Shown here piece after piece: positions 39,611 through 53,299 of a DNA stretch of 64,000 nucleotides; the stretch's first letter is position 1, and every line of letters begins with the position of its first letter. The position numbers were made by a program, and so were the translations under genes. The notes beneath the pieces were generated by a model that did not search any database, was not told where the DNA came from, and saw only the letters and a program-made list of their open reading frames with translations. Source of the stretch: Schmidtea polychroa (Eukaryota); the NCBI GenBank assembly GCA_044892525.1, contig CM097888.1, positions 3,906,001 to 3,970,000 on the forward strand. The letters run 5' to 3'.

Positions 39611-42600
39611 AGAACTTCGGAAATTTTATTAAAAATGGAACAAAATAAACATCTATGTCCTGATGATATATTAAGAACAGGAACTTCAGGATTTAATTTA
39701 ATCTATTAAATATTTAATAATTTTATAGATTAAATAAATAAAAAACATTGTTAAAGATTTTAAAAAGAAATTATTTTTATTGTTTTAATTTATAATTATT
39801 TTAACGAGTAATTAATTTCAAGGTTTTTTGGTATTTTTATAAAATTATTTCCATACAATGTAAATCATATCTAATTTCAACTATAAATAAATAAAGTAAA
39901 TGCCAAAAGAAAGTAAAATTTATTATAAAGCCATTATGACATCATTATCTATCTAAGACGATGTCTTCTAATATTAAAATTCTATCTTTTATGGATACGT
40001 TATCTTCTCTATGTTCTTCAATATCTTTTCTAAGATCTTCAATATCTTCTCTAACAGCTTGAAAGCCGCATAAAATTTTAATTATGTTAATAATTTAAAT
40101 GAAAATTTTTAATTTATTACGATCCACTTTTGCAAACAAATTCTTTAAAATCCGCATTATGTAGGATCACTTACAGCTGGTGGCAATATCCTCTGCTCTA
40201 AATGATTTTAAACAATAAAATTACCCTGCTAGTGCTTCGGAAGCCGGTTATTGAATTTTTTTCCGCGCCGACTATTGTGCATAGGCGATTGAGCGCGGGA
40301 AAAAATAGAATTTCAAATGAATGGTTCATGGTGCAATCGTTTGCAGCTGGATGCACATGGAGTTGAGTTCATTTGTAAAATTTGTTGAAAGGTTTCACAA
40401 TGTGGGCAATACATTTTTAAAAAAATGAAAATAAAACAAAATTAAAAGTTGAAATTGAAAAATTAAAGATCATCTAACAATTCATCAAAACTGCATTAAA
40501 ATTTTAAGTAAAGAATTTTTGAAAAATTAATTTGAAATAATGTTTATGAAAATTAGTAATTTATAATTTAAAATTTTTAAATTTGATTATTAGAAAGAGA
40601 AGGGGGGTAGGGGTAATCTCATGTCCAGCAACAGAGGGGATGATCACATATCCATCAATATGATGAGGCTGGTGATATCACCGAGTTGCTCAGTGATTCC
40701 CAAAGTGTGGGTGATGAAAGGAAACGTGCCAAAAGCAGGTTCGGGTCTCAATCATTGCTGTACGCAGTTGGAGTATCCCTTATGAACTTTGTCAGCACAT
40801 TCACTCAACATATAACATGTAAAACGCAAAAAGAATATTTAAAATTATTGTAAAACATTAAATAAAACAAAATTAAAAATAAGTAAAACCAAAAATAATA
40901 AAATTAGGAAAAAGCAAGAAGTTGCACATGAAACACATTATAAAAAGCATTAAAACAAAGAATAAATTGCCGAAAAAAGACACAACGGCAGAAAATACCA
41001 TTCTTATCCATAGGATACCATATGATAAGAATGGTATGTAAAATCGATCAATCAGATTAAATTAAAACAAATAAAGAAATCAACCAATCAAAATTATTGG
41101 AATTTGAAATCAAAAAAGAAAATAAATCACGATCAAAAATACACATGATCGATCCTGATCGAACACAAGCACAGCAAAACTATATAAAGGGCCGTCTCAG
41201 TAGACACTTCAACACTTTTGTAAAATATTTAAAACGCTTGTAAAACTAATTTCAGTATTTCTATCGCTTTAATTAAAATTCTCAAACCGGTTTTTGTAAT
41301 AATCCAATTATTTTTTCAAACTTCGTATAACTTTAAAACGGATTGTTAAAAATTCCTTATCAGTTGTCAACTTTCAACGGAATCGTTCGATTATACGTCC
41401 AATTGTACTACTCGATGAATTTCGTATTTATACCTGGACTAGTGATTGTGTTTTCCTGAACTTTTTAAATTCTCAGATTCGGGGATTCCCGAATCTGTAA
41501 TCAATTTTGTTTCTCGAGATTAAAAATTTTATTCTCGGCGATTCTCGAAAAACTCTAATTTTAGAGAAAATTGTCTAGTCAAAGCAATACGTGTTATTAA
41601 GAAAAATAAAATTAAATGAGCCAGAATAAATCATGCAAAATGAAAACAACAAATTATATTCATTGTATTACAGGTATACAGTAGCAATATTTAGCTGTAC
41701 CTTTACTTGTTTTTATTTTGTGGAATATATTAAAATCGCTAAAAAGTTATTATAGCAACTGATGTACTACAAAGTATATAATAACTCATCATCAAATTCA
41801 AACATAGAATGACTGGATGAAATTATAACATAATACAAATTATAATTTTTTGATTTTATTTAAAATTTGAGTTTAGTTTAGGTAATAAAACAATATTAAA
41901 GAAAAATAAATTTACTTTTTTAAAATTCCAAATTCCGATTATATATCGTAAATCCCGAAATATGATTATTATTACTATGGTATACTCACTGTAAATTTTG
42001 TTATTAAAATTAAAACTTTAATCAAAAATTTTTTCATTCTCCCTTTTTGACTATACAAATTTAATTTTACTCAGGATTTTATGTATTTAGTTATGTTTTG
42101 ATGGAGGCCTCTAAACCTTTTATTGATTATCATAAATATAGTTCACTAGGTACTTATTTTTGTCAGCAAGTCGGTGAAAGCTTCATGAAAGCTCGCTGAT
42201 AAGAGAAGGTTTCGATCCTACAGCAGATGATCGTGCTGGAGTCATAATTTAGGACTACGTGCGATCATTTAGTACCACATCCTACAGCTGGGATCGAAGC
42301 TAGGTAAGGTGAAATAGGATCTAGGGAGTAACATTTCGACGCCGTGCTTGCTAGGAGTAGCAGCTTCGTATGGTTTATAGAAATTCTACTGTTATTTTCA
42401 TAATCACCAGAAAAACTCCATAGTTCCATCAAGCAAGGTCTAACCTACTATTCCACCGTACATAGTTCGATTTAATAGTAAAGCACATCCAGAAAATTTC
42501 CCGACTCATTTGCTTGATTAATCTTTGTCTTTCAAACCATAATCCCGTTATCTATTATAACAAAGGTAGAGAGTTAAGAATTTAACGTCATAAATGCCTA

Positions 42601-45600
42601 ATAGATCAGTAGTAATGCCATTCCTAAAGGGTGAAATAGTCTCCAAATAAATCAATAAAATTAGACAATGGGTTGTCTGGAGTGATAGAAAATCGGATAA
42701 AATTTTGGGTGGCGAAAATGACATATTTCGACTTATTTCAGTGCGGATAGATGATTCCACCCAGAGATAAACAGCTTAATTACTTGCGAGGATAGTGGGC
42801 GTAGTCAAGCGCGAAATAAAATAAAAATTTTCATGGTGATAGTAATCGATGGCTACCCATCTCCTATTACTATTATTGCTAGGGTTATCCTCAGTATTAT
42901 TATGATGACCAATGGGTATGATTTTCGTTTGCGTTCAGATGAGTAGTATTATTACTATCACTTATAATCTTCGTATTCGTATCCTGATGATCGATCTCTA
43001 TCCTATTTTTTCATTTTCCTTAGTTCATTTTAGCGTCGCCCGGAGTGTGGCTAAAGCTTAAATTAGTGGATTAATATTAATAACCATATCGGTACCACTC
43101 CATGAAGGAGTGTCATTAAAATAGCGCCATTAAAATAATTATAAAATTGATTTCAAGTCAAAGATATCTGAGTAGTATTATTTACGCATTTTAGCGATTT
43201 ATATATTGTTGTCGCTTGAAATCGTTGCAATATGGACATCCATTGGAGTATGTTTTTCTCATCGAGTTAGCAATTTCTAACACAAATGTTTTCTTATCTC
43301 TCTCTCAGCCATATCGTAATGCATCTCGAGAAGTTCTTCTATGTTGATCCATGCGAAGTGTAATATTTATATGCATGTAATTCTGGTAGGTAATAATCTA
43401 ATTTGTTTTTTATTCTTGGATAAGGTTCTTGTATTTTCTTTTAAATTATATCAAGGAGATAAGCTAAACAATAACTAATAAAAAACTAAAAATATAAAAA
43501 TATATATTTACCTTTTGACATTTCTAAGAATAAATAAAATTAAAACTAATTTAAACAAAATATTTATTAAATTAATTAATAAATTGATTTCTTTAGTAAT
43601 ATTTTCTACATATTGATTATAATCCAGAGATTTTATTCCGAGTATTACTATTTTCCCATTAGAGAAGATGTGATGTTCCGGTACTTAATATACAATTGAC
43701 TTATCTTAGTAATTCATATAAATTTATAAATGTTAGATATCTGATTGGATATCAATTGACTAAATAGCTATACGAAAGAACCCGTTTTATAAGATTTTAC
43801 CTAGTTGTCCTTTTATTTTTCCAAAAATTTTAGTAAGTTTATTTGAATGGTGAATGGAAAGTAACTTTTCTGAATTACTGCAATTCATTGGTTCAATATA
43901 AATTTAAAAAACTCCTGAAGAAATAAATAATTTAATATGAGTGTTGAGGTTTTACTAATTGAGATTCTCAACTTTACTGGTTCTTATATAGATCTCTCTA
44001 TATAAGTCTCTCTATAAATGTTTATTAAAATATCAAATTTATCATTGATAATCAAATCAGAAAATTGATTCTTAACACTGAAAAATTTACACCAAACAAT
44101 TATTGATTTTTTAACAAAATGCGTGCCAAATATATAACAATTGTATGTTGTATAGTTTATACTGTTATTTAATTGCGATTAATTAACATTTATGTGGAAC
44201 GTTTCTATTTGTTCCAGGGTTTTGTTTCTTCGCAAGATTTACTTTGAAAATGTTGCTTTGAATAATTTGTTGAGCGCTTTAGTTATACTAAATTTTTTCT
44301 TACTAAAATAAAATATTATTATTTACGTCTTATACGCACGGAATAGTTAACGGAATAGTTATTGCGTGCATAATATTAATTATTATATTTTTACCATATG
44401 TTTCTACTAGTAGTAACTAGATGATATTAATTATATGTTTTTACTGTGTTGCGTGCGTATATTTTAATTCATAATTAAAATATTCTACAAGTGAAATATA
44501 ATAAATTTAATTTTTATAGTAATGATTTTTTATTTTTTCAATATCACAAATTAACCATAAAATAAAATATAATTTTGTCATTGAATCAAATGTACAAATA
44601 TAAAATGAAGGAATAGTGATACACAAACAGATAACATACCCAAGATCATCATCATAACATTGGGATTAAAGAAACATATATTTACAGAGAAAGATATTGT
44701 CAGTATTAAAATTCCAAAATTATAAAATCATCATCAACAAATGTTTATTTATTCGAATATTATTGACCATTGACTGTTAGTGATGTCAAAGTTTCATTAT
44801 TGAAATTTATTTGGATTAAAATATATGAACAGGGGAAGTTGTGCAATTAGAAATGAAGAATCCAATGTACCTACCAATTTTAACAATATTCAAATCAATT
44901 TTTGTGACAATAGTGGAAAATTAATTAAATATGTTTGTAATGTCAACGTTTCATTATAAAAAATATTTGGGTTCGACATGTGTTAAATTATAAAAATCTG
45001 AAAATTAAATAATCGTTATTAAATGAAATAATGTCAATGCATTTAAAAATTTAACATAAAATAAAATCATAAACAACTGGTGGCAATATCCTATGTTCCA
45101 AATGTTTTAAATTTTTTAACAATGATTTTGTGACTTTTATTACCGTTGGTTTTTCTTTCTTGGCTTTTGGATGCCGGTAAAAGCTATTTTTCATTTATTA
45201 CTCCTAATTTATAATATGATTACCTGATAAAAATTAAATACCAACGGATATTCGAGTCATATCGATGGCAAAGAGTTTTAGTGAAAACAGGAATAGTGCC
45301 AACTGCTACAAGTCAATATCAATTTAACAATCGTCTAATAAATAAATGGACTCAAATTGAGATTGGGCAAACTTTAATCATTTGTGAATATGCGCTGTGC
45401 CTCATCCTGACAGCGTTTCTCATACTATCACTTCTGTTCTTACATCATAATTCAACCGATTTCAATTCAAAAAAAACTTCCAAAAATCCAATTTAAAACA
45501 ACAACCAAAATTTAAAACCCAAATATAATTCTACCAAAATTAATCGAATTTCTAAAACACTAAATCAAAAACTACAATTTGACAATAAAAACCTACTTCT

Positions 45601-45659
45601 CGCGTCTGTGTGCGCACACCAACAAGAATCGGTCTAACCAGACCGCGCACACAGACGCG
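45601..45659. promoter_or_regulatory. Inverted pair of CGCGTCTGTGTGCGCA motifs
   Basis: 45601-45616 and inverted 45645-45659. Confidence 0.4.
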
Positions 45660-46372
45660 ATAGAAAAAACGCATGCAACGAACTGCCAGTCAGTGGCAAT
45701 CCCCCTCTGACTGGTTGAAACAGATATTCTTACAGATTGTCAAATTTTTGTGAAAATCAATAATGAATTATGTAAGTTGTCTGTTTTGTCTGATCGAATT
45801 CTGTACGCGCAAACAATGGAAATTTTCTTCATGTGAAATCCATGGATTGTCAAAGATTGTGAAAAAAAGACATTTTCTGATTGGGTAATTTAGAATTATT
45901 ATTGCCTCAATAATATGATATAATTAATGTTATGATTTAAATCAATTTTTATAAATTTTCTAATGATTTTTATTGAAAATATCCAGTAATTTAAAATGAA
46001 AAAAATCGTTGAAATTTAATATTAACAGAAAATTAAAGTTATTCAAAATTTATGTTCATTCAATTTTCTATTATAAAACTTAATTATAAATTATCGGAAA
46101 GCTTTAACAAAAAAAATACCTAAAAAAATAAATATATAAAGTAAAATAAATATATAATTGAGTATTGAGATAAATAGAGTTCAATTGACCAATTTAATCA
46201 TAAATATGAATATAAGTAAATTTTTCATCAGATCAATAAATTCCAGATCAATAAATTCCATGCAGTATAGCAAAAAAATAAAAGTTTTAAACTTCACCTT
46301 CTCACCCTTCCAACTTGTTCCAATGTTGAAAAGAAAATTTTCTGTGAAATATTTTCTGAAATTTCTCGACAT

Positions 46373-49000
46373 TTAGAGGTGGCCCAACAATCTAGAAGTT
46401 TGGAGTACAAATATTTTAAAGTGGTTTTTATACGTTTTTGCTACTTGTACTGTGTTTGACGAAATTATGAGCAGCAAAATTATCTCATTTTTATTACAAC
46501 ATTAACTTTAGTGAAAACAGAGACATATTTGACAATAAACACACCTAACAACCGAAGCAGTTTACTAGTTTAGTTTATCACTGGGCCTATAGTCACTAGC
46601 CAGTCAAAGTCGACAAACTCAAAAGTCGAACATTACTATCAGTCACACAGTCAGTACACATTAGGGTAAAATAACAACAGTGCATGGAACATGGAAACTG
46701 AAAACATGGTGATTGAACACAGTTTTTAGTCGTAACTACTAATTAAGATCAGTCCGAGTTTGATAGTTAAGGTGTCGTTGGCGTAGATGACATGGCCATC
46801 ATGAGACCGAATTTGCTGCAGTCTGGAAACAGCCGGCGATGTTCGCTAACGACATGCAACATGAATTGAAGCTGTTCCTCATCCTTGGTTAGCTTTTTAT
46901 TGTAGTCCTGAATGAGGGCTACCCCTCTCTCAGCTCTGTCATTCACAACAGCCAATCCTTTAACAGTTCTCAGTGCACATTGGTATGTTTCATCCTCATC
47001 CCATTCTGATGGATCTTTTGACATAAATGACGTCTGTAACTGCAGAAGACGAAACATGGTCATTGAATTGGCTGTGCAGAACTGTTCGAGACCCTTGCTG
47101 TTTGTGAAGGCTGATGTTTCCACTCTGGGACGTTTAGGTGGATGCTCAGGTGCAGCATTCTCCATAGCTGCAAGCATCAGCTTCTTGGTTTCAGCTGGAA
47201 CTCTGGAGTCAAACAGAGCGACTGTTACCAGCTCTTATGAAATATACCACAGATGCAGTCCCAGCTTTTTGCTGGTTACAGATGAAATGTTTACATCGGG
47301 GTATTCAAGGAGCTGTCTCATCAACAGGAAATCATTCAATGGTGCAACAGCAGTGATTCCCTTCAGCTCACTCTGTGTCATCTTGAATTGTGCTCTGAAA
47401 AGCCACATCTTGATACTGTACAGCACTTTAGCCAACCACCTTGCTCGATGCATTGCACCTGGAGACTGAAAGTGAATCCCCCTGGAAGGAGCCTGGCCAA
47501 GGTAAATCATAGACAGTTCCAGGAACTCCCGGTAATCATCTCGTGGCTACTGCACTTCAAGTTGCATGCGAGCAAATTCCAATAATTCATTTCGACTATT
47601 AGCAATGAGATTGTCGATGAATGGATCCGTTTCTGCCGGCTGGTAGTTGTCACGATCTATGAATTTCCAGTGCTCCTTGAATCTTTTGAAGATTGATATG
47701 TCAGGGCTTGATGAACCTCGTAGCATTTGGTCAAATGCTGCACCGACAATAAGTTCCATGATGTGATGACGATGATCTTTGGCCAACATCTGTTGAATTA
47801 AGACACAAGCACCTTGCTTATCACCAGTGTTTGAACTTGTTGTGTCAAAACACAAAGCCACAACCAGCTTTTCGATGCCCCATTGCTTTATCTCGTTGAC
47901 CACGGCAGTAGCTTGGGATTCACCAGTTCCAGATGACAGTTTTGGAACTGCAAGCAGCTGTTCACAACCAACACCTGAGATGAGAATTGGTAACCTGTCG
48001 ACGTGTTCTCTAGTTGTCAAATCTTCTAATAACTTTCCATCCCAGTTGACAGTCAGATGGTTTACAGATAGAAATTCTGATTTCAGCTGTGATGCTGCAA
48101 TTGTTCTAGCTTTACACCTGGCTCGGTGGATTGAGTTCCTGCTGATGTTGAGGGAATCAACATTGTGACCAAGGCTGGATGCTGTTTCACACAACACATA
48201 AACAGCATTTCTGGAGGATGTCTGTGTTCTGTCCAGAGCTGCCATTAGCCCAGGAGTCAATACATCAGTCTTAGCTTTCTTTGGCACTGGCTTTGTGATA
48301 CAGTCAGCAGGATCTGTTGATGAGGATGCAACAGGTTTATATTCATCATCACACAAGACAATCTGCTCTTGGTCATGGTCACTGTCTTCACCAGATGATG
48401 ATTCGAGAGTTGTCAAACAAGCACTGATATTCATTTCATCTACTGACCTTTGCCGCCGCCTTGCTTCAGCTTGTTTGCGTTCACCAGCTGCTCTAGCTTT
48501 ACGTTCAGTAACTTTATCCCGGACACCAATGGATCCTGGACGCCCTTTTTCTCTCTGGCGTAACAGGAATGCCCTGTCTTCTGGGTTGCTAATGATAGTT
48601 AGTGCATCCTGATGGGCTATGTCGAACAGATCTTCAAGATGAGAAACAAATTCATGCTCATGTTTTTTGTGAGCTTCAACAGACCTCGACTTGTGTTTTT
48701 GGAGACCCTTTCATTCATAAAAGACTGATTCAAGCTTCTGAATGCAGTGCTGTTCTGCTCTTGTTGGAATGCTTGCTTTTTTCCAGAACTCCATTATCAC
48801 GTTGATTGTCAGTTTACTGGCTTCGCGAAGAGTCATTTTTTCTACTTTATGTAGGTGTAGAAAGTACCCAAATGTCTGATAATACGATGGCAGCTTTGCA
48901 CCAAGAATTTCAGGAACATATGATTTAATCAAGTAAACATTATCATTAGATCTTGTTTCCATTCTGTTAAATCTGAAACACAATAACATGGAGAGTGGAG
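46373..49000 (-). mobile_element. DNA transposon with frameshifted hATm-like DDE transposase (46767-48962)
   Basis: N-terminal EFWKKASIPTR...LEDLFDIAH; VNWDGKLL, EQLLAVPKLSSGTG, LCFDTTSSNTG, HRHHIMEL, HRARWLAKVLYSIK, KLGLHLWY, VVNDRAERGVALI. One putative terminus TTAGAGGTGGCCC at 46373; the other end was not found. Confidence 0.8.
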
Positions 49001-49990
49001 ACGATTAGGTTAAGCAAAACACTAGGCATAATTGAATGAACAACTGAATAATTTTAAATTTGCTGTATAGTACAAGAGTACATTTAACATTGTAAAATGC
49101 ATTCAACAACGATGTGTTTTTGCATGTAATTCAGCAAAGTAAAATACTGACTATTAATACATGAAGAGAACAAAGATTGCATAATTACATCTCGACTGGT
49201 GAGTAATAGCTGACTTTTTGTCTCAAAAATGAAAAACAAATATAAACATAAACAGAAGAGAATTAGCAAAGAATGTCTAATAAATTCAATAAAATACCAA
49301 TAAATAAGTAACACTTAAATAGGTTAATCATCCATACTCTCTCAGTCACTGCTATATAAGAAACCAATAACCAATTTTCTTGCCGTCGATGGCTAAATTG
49401 AAACTAACTAATCAAAATCTAGGAGGAACAATTCATTAGGCATATCAGAGCGGATATTAATTTTAAAATGCCTGAAAAATTTTTTAATAACATTCATAGC
49501 ACCGGGCAGAGCTCGGATTTGCCAGAATATCCACAAAATAGAGCATGGCCGGAGAAAATTATTATTAATATATCACATATTAAAAATTTTTTCTGCAGGA
49601 AAGGCTCGCCATCCAAGGGTATCTCACAGGATTGGACCAGCGTCAGAGCCTTCTGAAGAATCCGGACTCCAGCAATGCTGTGTACGTCAGCAAAGCCATC
49701 AGTGGTGAAGTAGGTCGCTCTACCTACATGGACAGGAGAGCCCTAGCCCTGCTGGAGAGGATGAATCAACTATGCTGGATAAAACTCTTTTATATGGATG
49801 TTGATTTAATATATAATGTATTTAATAGAACAGGAAATCCAAAAAGCACTGACGAATGCGGGAGAAGCTGGAGCCGGATAATCCGTCTCTCTGGAACCAA
49901 ACAAACTGATTCCACTAGATACATCACTAGTGTCCTGCTGGAAGCAAATGACCATAGCCAGGAAGGAAGCCCTCAAACTCCTCTCTTCAA

Positions 49991-51224
49991 TTGCCAGGAA
50001 AACAGGAGGACCTGGACATAAACAGGCGAGATTATTTAGATTTCCCTTTTATTAATTTAAATAATAATCATAATAATAACTTATATAATAAAAATTACAA
50101 TAATATAGAGCATCTTTCCTTCCAAGCCCAAAAACCAGTTAATGATGTTACCACCCCTGATCAAGACGAAAATGAATACAGGAAAATTGTTGATAGTTTT
50201 ATAAATCCTACCCTGCAATATATGCCTATTGACAGGGGAGGTAAATTTTCTAATTCAGATAAGCCCAGCTATAGGGATGCTCTCCTTGGAGCCAATTCAT
50301 CGCATAATAAGCTCCCCCAGGGAAAATCTGCCTTTATACCTTCAATAAAAAATAATAATAAACCGATAGCAAACCATCAAAGAAATACACTCAAAGACTT
50401 TGAATCCTATAATAATTCAAAAAATCTAATTCATAAAGATGCTAAAGCTACCTTCAATAACAACAATACCTATCATAAATCTCTTTCTCTACCTACGAAT
50501 ACCTTGAACTCTAAAACGAATTATTATAATAATTATACCCCAAATTTTTATCAATATAATTTAAAAGTAAATTCAAATATTTATAATTACCCAAAAACAA
50601 ATGAAATAAATAATGATAACTCATATAATNNNNNNNNNNNNNNNNNNNNNNNNNNNNNNNNNNNNNNNNNNNNNNNNNNNNNNNNNNNNNNNNNNNNNNN
50701 NNNNNNNNNNNNNNNNNNNNNNNNNNNNNNNNNNNNNNNNNNNNNNNNNNNNNNNNNNNNNNNNNNNNNNNNNNNNNNNNNNNNNNNNNNNNNNNNNNNN
50801 NNNNNNNNNNNNNNNNNNNNNNNNNNNNNNNNNNNNNNNNNNNNNNNNNATTTAAACCCTAATAATTCTAATTACTCACATTCCAATAAATTAAATGAGA
50901 ATGATCCAAACTATAATCTAAATACTATCTCTAACAATAATAACTTTAAAACCTTTAATCTAAATAATACAAATTATTATAATTCAAATTCTAAATATAA
51001 TAATTTAAATGCTAATTTTAATTACTCACAATCCAATAATTTAAATAAAGATAACACAAATTATAATTCAAATAATAATAATTTTAACTCCAAATTCAAT
51101 AAAATAAAAAATAACTATGAAATCCCTAATAATAAAATTACCTTAGACTACTTAGAAAACTTAATTAATTCCAACAATAATAAATTAATTTTAAATATTG
51201 AAAATAGCATAAATAAATATTTGT

Positions 51225-51303
<79 letters not shown>

Positions 51304-51628
51304 GACTAAGACTAATGATTCTGCCAATATCAATGATCATAAGATAATTAACTCTGATATAGAGAACTGTATACCCACCGACCCCTGCCATGAAGTATCT
51401 ATTATCCTTCCGTCTAGATGTCGACCCTCTCCTCTCGATGATACACCATCATCCTTCCATCTTATCTGTGGTCAGAGACCCGCATCCTGTGATCTTGACT
51501 GTACCCCTCGCCTGATCCTAAATAGTACTTCCAATCTTTTCTCTGATTCCCAAGCCACCCCCACCCACCCCCGCACCCCGCTCGTCGAACCCGAAACGAG
51601 TCTCAAACCTCTGACTTTGATGACATAG
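49991..51628 (+). CDS. Asn-rich low-complexity N-terminal region of the non-LTR element (spans gap 50630-50849)
   Basis: 545-codon open frame including an in-frame (AAT)n run; no recognisable domain. Confidence 0.4.
51227..51303. repeat. (AAT)n microsatellite, about 25 units
   Basis: Directly visible. Confidence 0.98.
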
Positions 51629-52069
51629 TACTCTCAGATAACTCTACCACCTCCTCTCATTCACCCATAACAACTGCCCTCCAAATCTCAACCCCAACCC
51701 CCACTGCCCCAATAAGCATCACCAAGCAAACAATAGCTCCCAATAAGGAAGATACTGCCCTTCTCGATGAGGCGCAAGGCCTCCTACGTTTGGACTCACA
51801 AATGGACGTCCAAGGAAAAATAATTAAAATTGTAACAGACCAAATCCCCCAACCCACACCAGACTTTCTCACCCCTAAACGCCTCAAAAAGCTAGTTAAA
51901 AAACGTAACACCACGACCCCAAAAACTGACTCTGAACGCCTTCAAAATTATACTACCCTATACTTCCTTGACACAGAGGCAAATGCAGATGCAGACCCAA
52001 CTTCAAAATCCCACTCTGCGTCTCAATTTCCATCTCCTTATATGATAGAGCCGCCCTAATCAGCCATGC

Positions 52070-52682
52070 CCAAGAAGTCCATAACATCATCTATGACCAA
52101 GAATCCCTGATCGACTGCTATCAATGCAGACCAAAGTTTGGAGGAATAGGAAAATTTGATATGAACCTCTTCCGCTTTAGAGATATTATTAACCATATTG
52201 ACCACTTTGACCACCAGATACAAACTGACCGTAAGCTGCTTAAACGCGTTAGTACCAGGATTGCCCCATCCAACAAAACAGTCTGCCACATCTATAACAA
52301 AACCTGTGCCAGATGTTTGATCCACCATGACCCTAACTCTTCCTTAAAGACCATCACACAACACATGGCTAAATCACACAAAAAATATACATATGACCCC
52401 AACGAAGAAATATACTGCTTCTGTGGCCTATGGATACCCTTCACGAACATCCAAGACCATATTAACTCCATGCACCCGCTCCCATACTCCCACGTCTTCA
52501 CTAAACCTCCACCGTCCGCCGAATGCAGTATTGAAATCCATGACCTGAATAACGAGAACCTTCTTGGCCCACTGCTAGAAACCCAAGAAAGCATGTTCCA
52601 CATTTCTGATAGTGAAACTACCAAACGACCACTGCCAGATGATCTACTTTTCACACCCAACATTGACAACGAATCCGCATGA
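52070..52682 (+). pseudogene. Zinc-finger region of the non-LTR polyprotein
   Basis: CYQC...HIDHFDH, CARC...HMAKSH, CFC...HINSMH. Confidence 0.7.
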
Positions 52683-53130
52683 TGGTCACAACATGCAATT
52701 AAAGCATACATCTTCTCTTTTGCCATGAAAAAATCAACTATCTTCGTTGACCCTTTCATCGGAAACGCCCTCATCCAACATAACTATAAAACTTTCTTCT
52801 CAACCTTCCCCTTCCTTGAATTCGCAGAGTGGAATGAAATCATCATACCCATGTCCAATGGACAAAATAACTGGTTCTTCTTCTTCCTCGATAAAAAAAC
52901 AAAAACTTGCAGTACTTATCGACCCATTAATTGACACCAGCCTTCTGACACACTCAAAACTCGCCAATAGCCTACTTGAAACCATCCTCGACCTTCAGAA
53001 AATTGTTTTACCCATATCCATCGACTTGAAAGAACCCGAATACCCTCGTTGCAGTGCCCCTGCAGACTCAGCTTTCTTCATCTGTCACTTCATTGAACAC
53101 CTCATCACACGACACCCCCTCACCACACCC
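52683..53130 (+). pseudogene. Ulp1/SENP-like (C48) cysteine protease domain with substituted catalytic His and Cys
   Basis: WSQHAIKAY...VDPF...EIIIPMSNGQNNWFFFFLD...(frameshift) IDPL...YPRCSAPADSAFFICHFIEHL, against the consensus WLxDxxIxxY...IIIPI..G.HW.L..ID...YDSL...QxNxxDCGxFxC. Confidence 0.65.
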
Positions 53131-53299
53131 CACATTCCTTCTATGACCCTTGAACTTAAAACAATTATTAATAATTATATTAAAAATAAAATACCAAATA
53201 ATGATATACGTAAATATAAACAGTTTATAAAGAATATAATTTTTAATCTCATCGAAAACAAAACTGACGCCGACTCTGCTATCTCCGAAATGGAAAAAA

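Noticed and set aside
41474-41497. 10-bp hairpin cagattcggg-gatt-cccgaatctg as a Helitron 3' end
   Set aside because: No CTRR terminus at the expected distance and no other Helitron evidence.
42170-42380. Possible hammerhead ribozyme or structured RNA in a GC-richer patch
   Set aside because: The core CUGANGA and GAAA with three stems could not be assembled (ctgataag does not fit); other ctgatga sites also lack the stems.
46912-48805. Plus-strand ORFs over the transposase, and similar antisense ORFs over the gypsy and non-LTR elements
   Set aside because: Shadow frames of recognised coding sequence on the opposite strand.
49374-49470. U2 snRNA or spliced-leader RNA gene as the non-LTR target
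   Set aside because: No sequence resembling U2 or an SL RNA is visible at the junction.
51148-51391. Poly-Leu and poly-Ile ORFs
   Set aside because: Antisense readings of the (AAT)n microsatellite.
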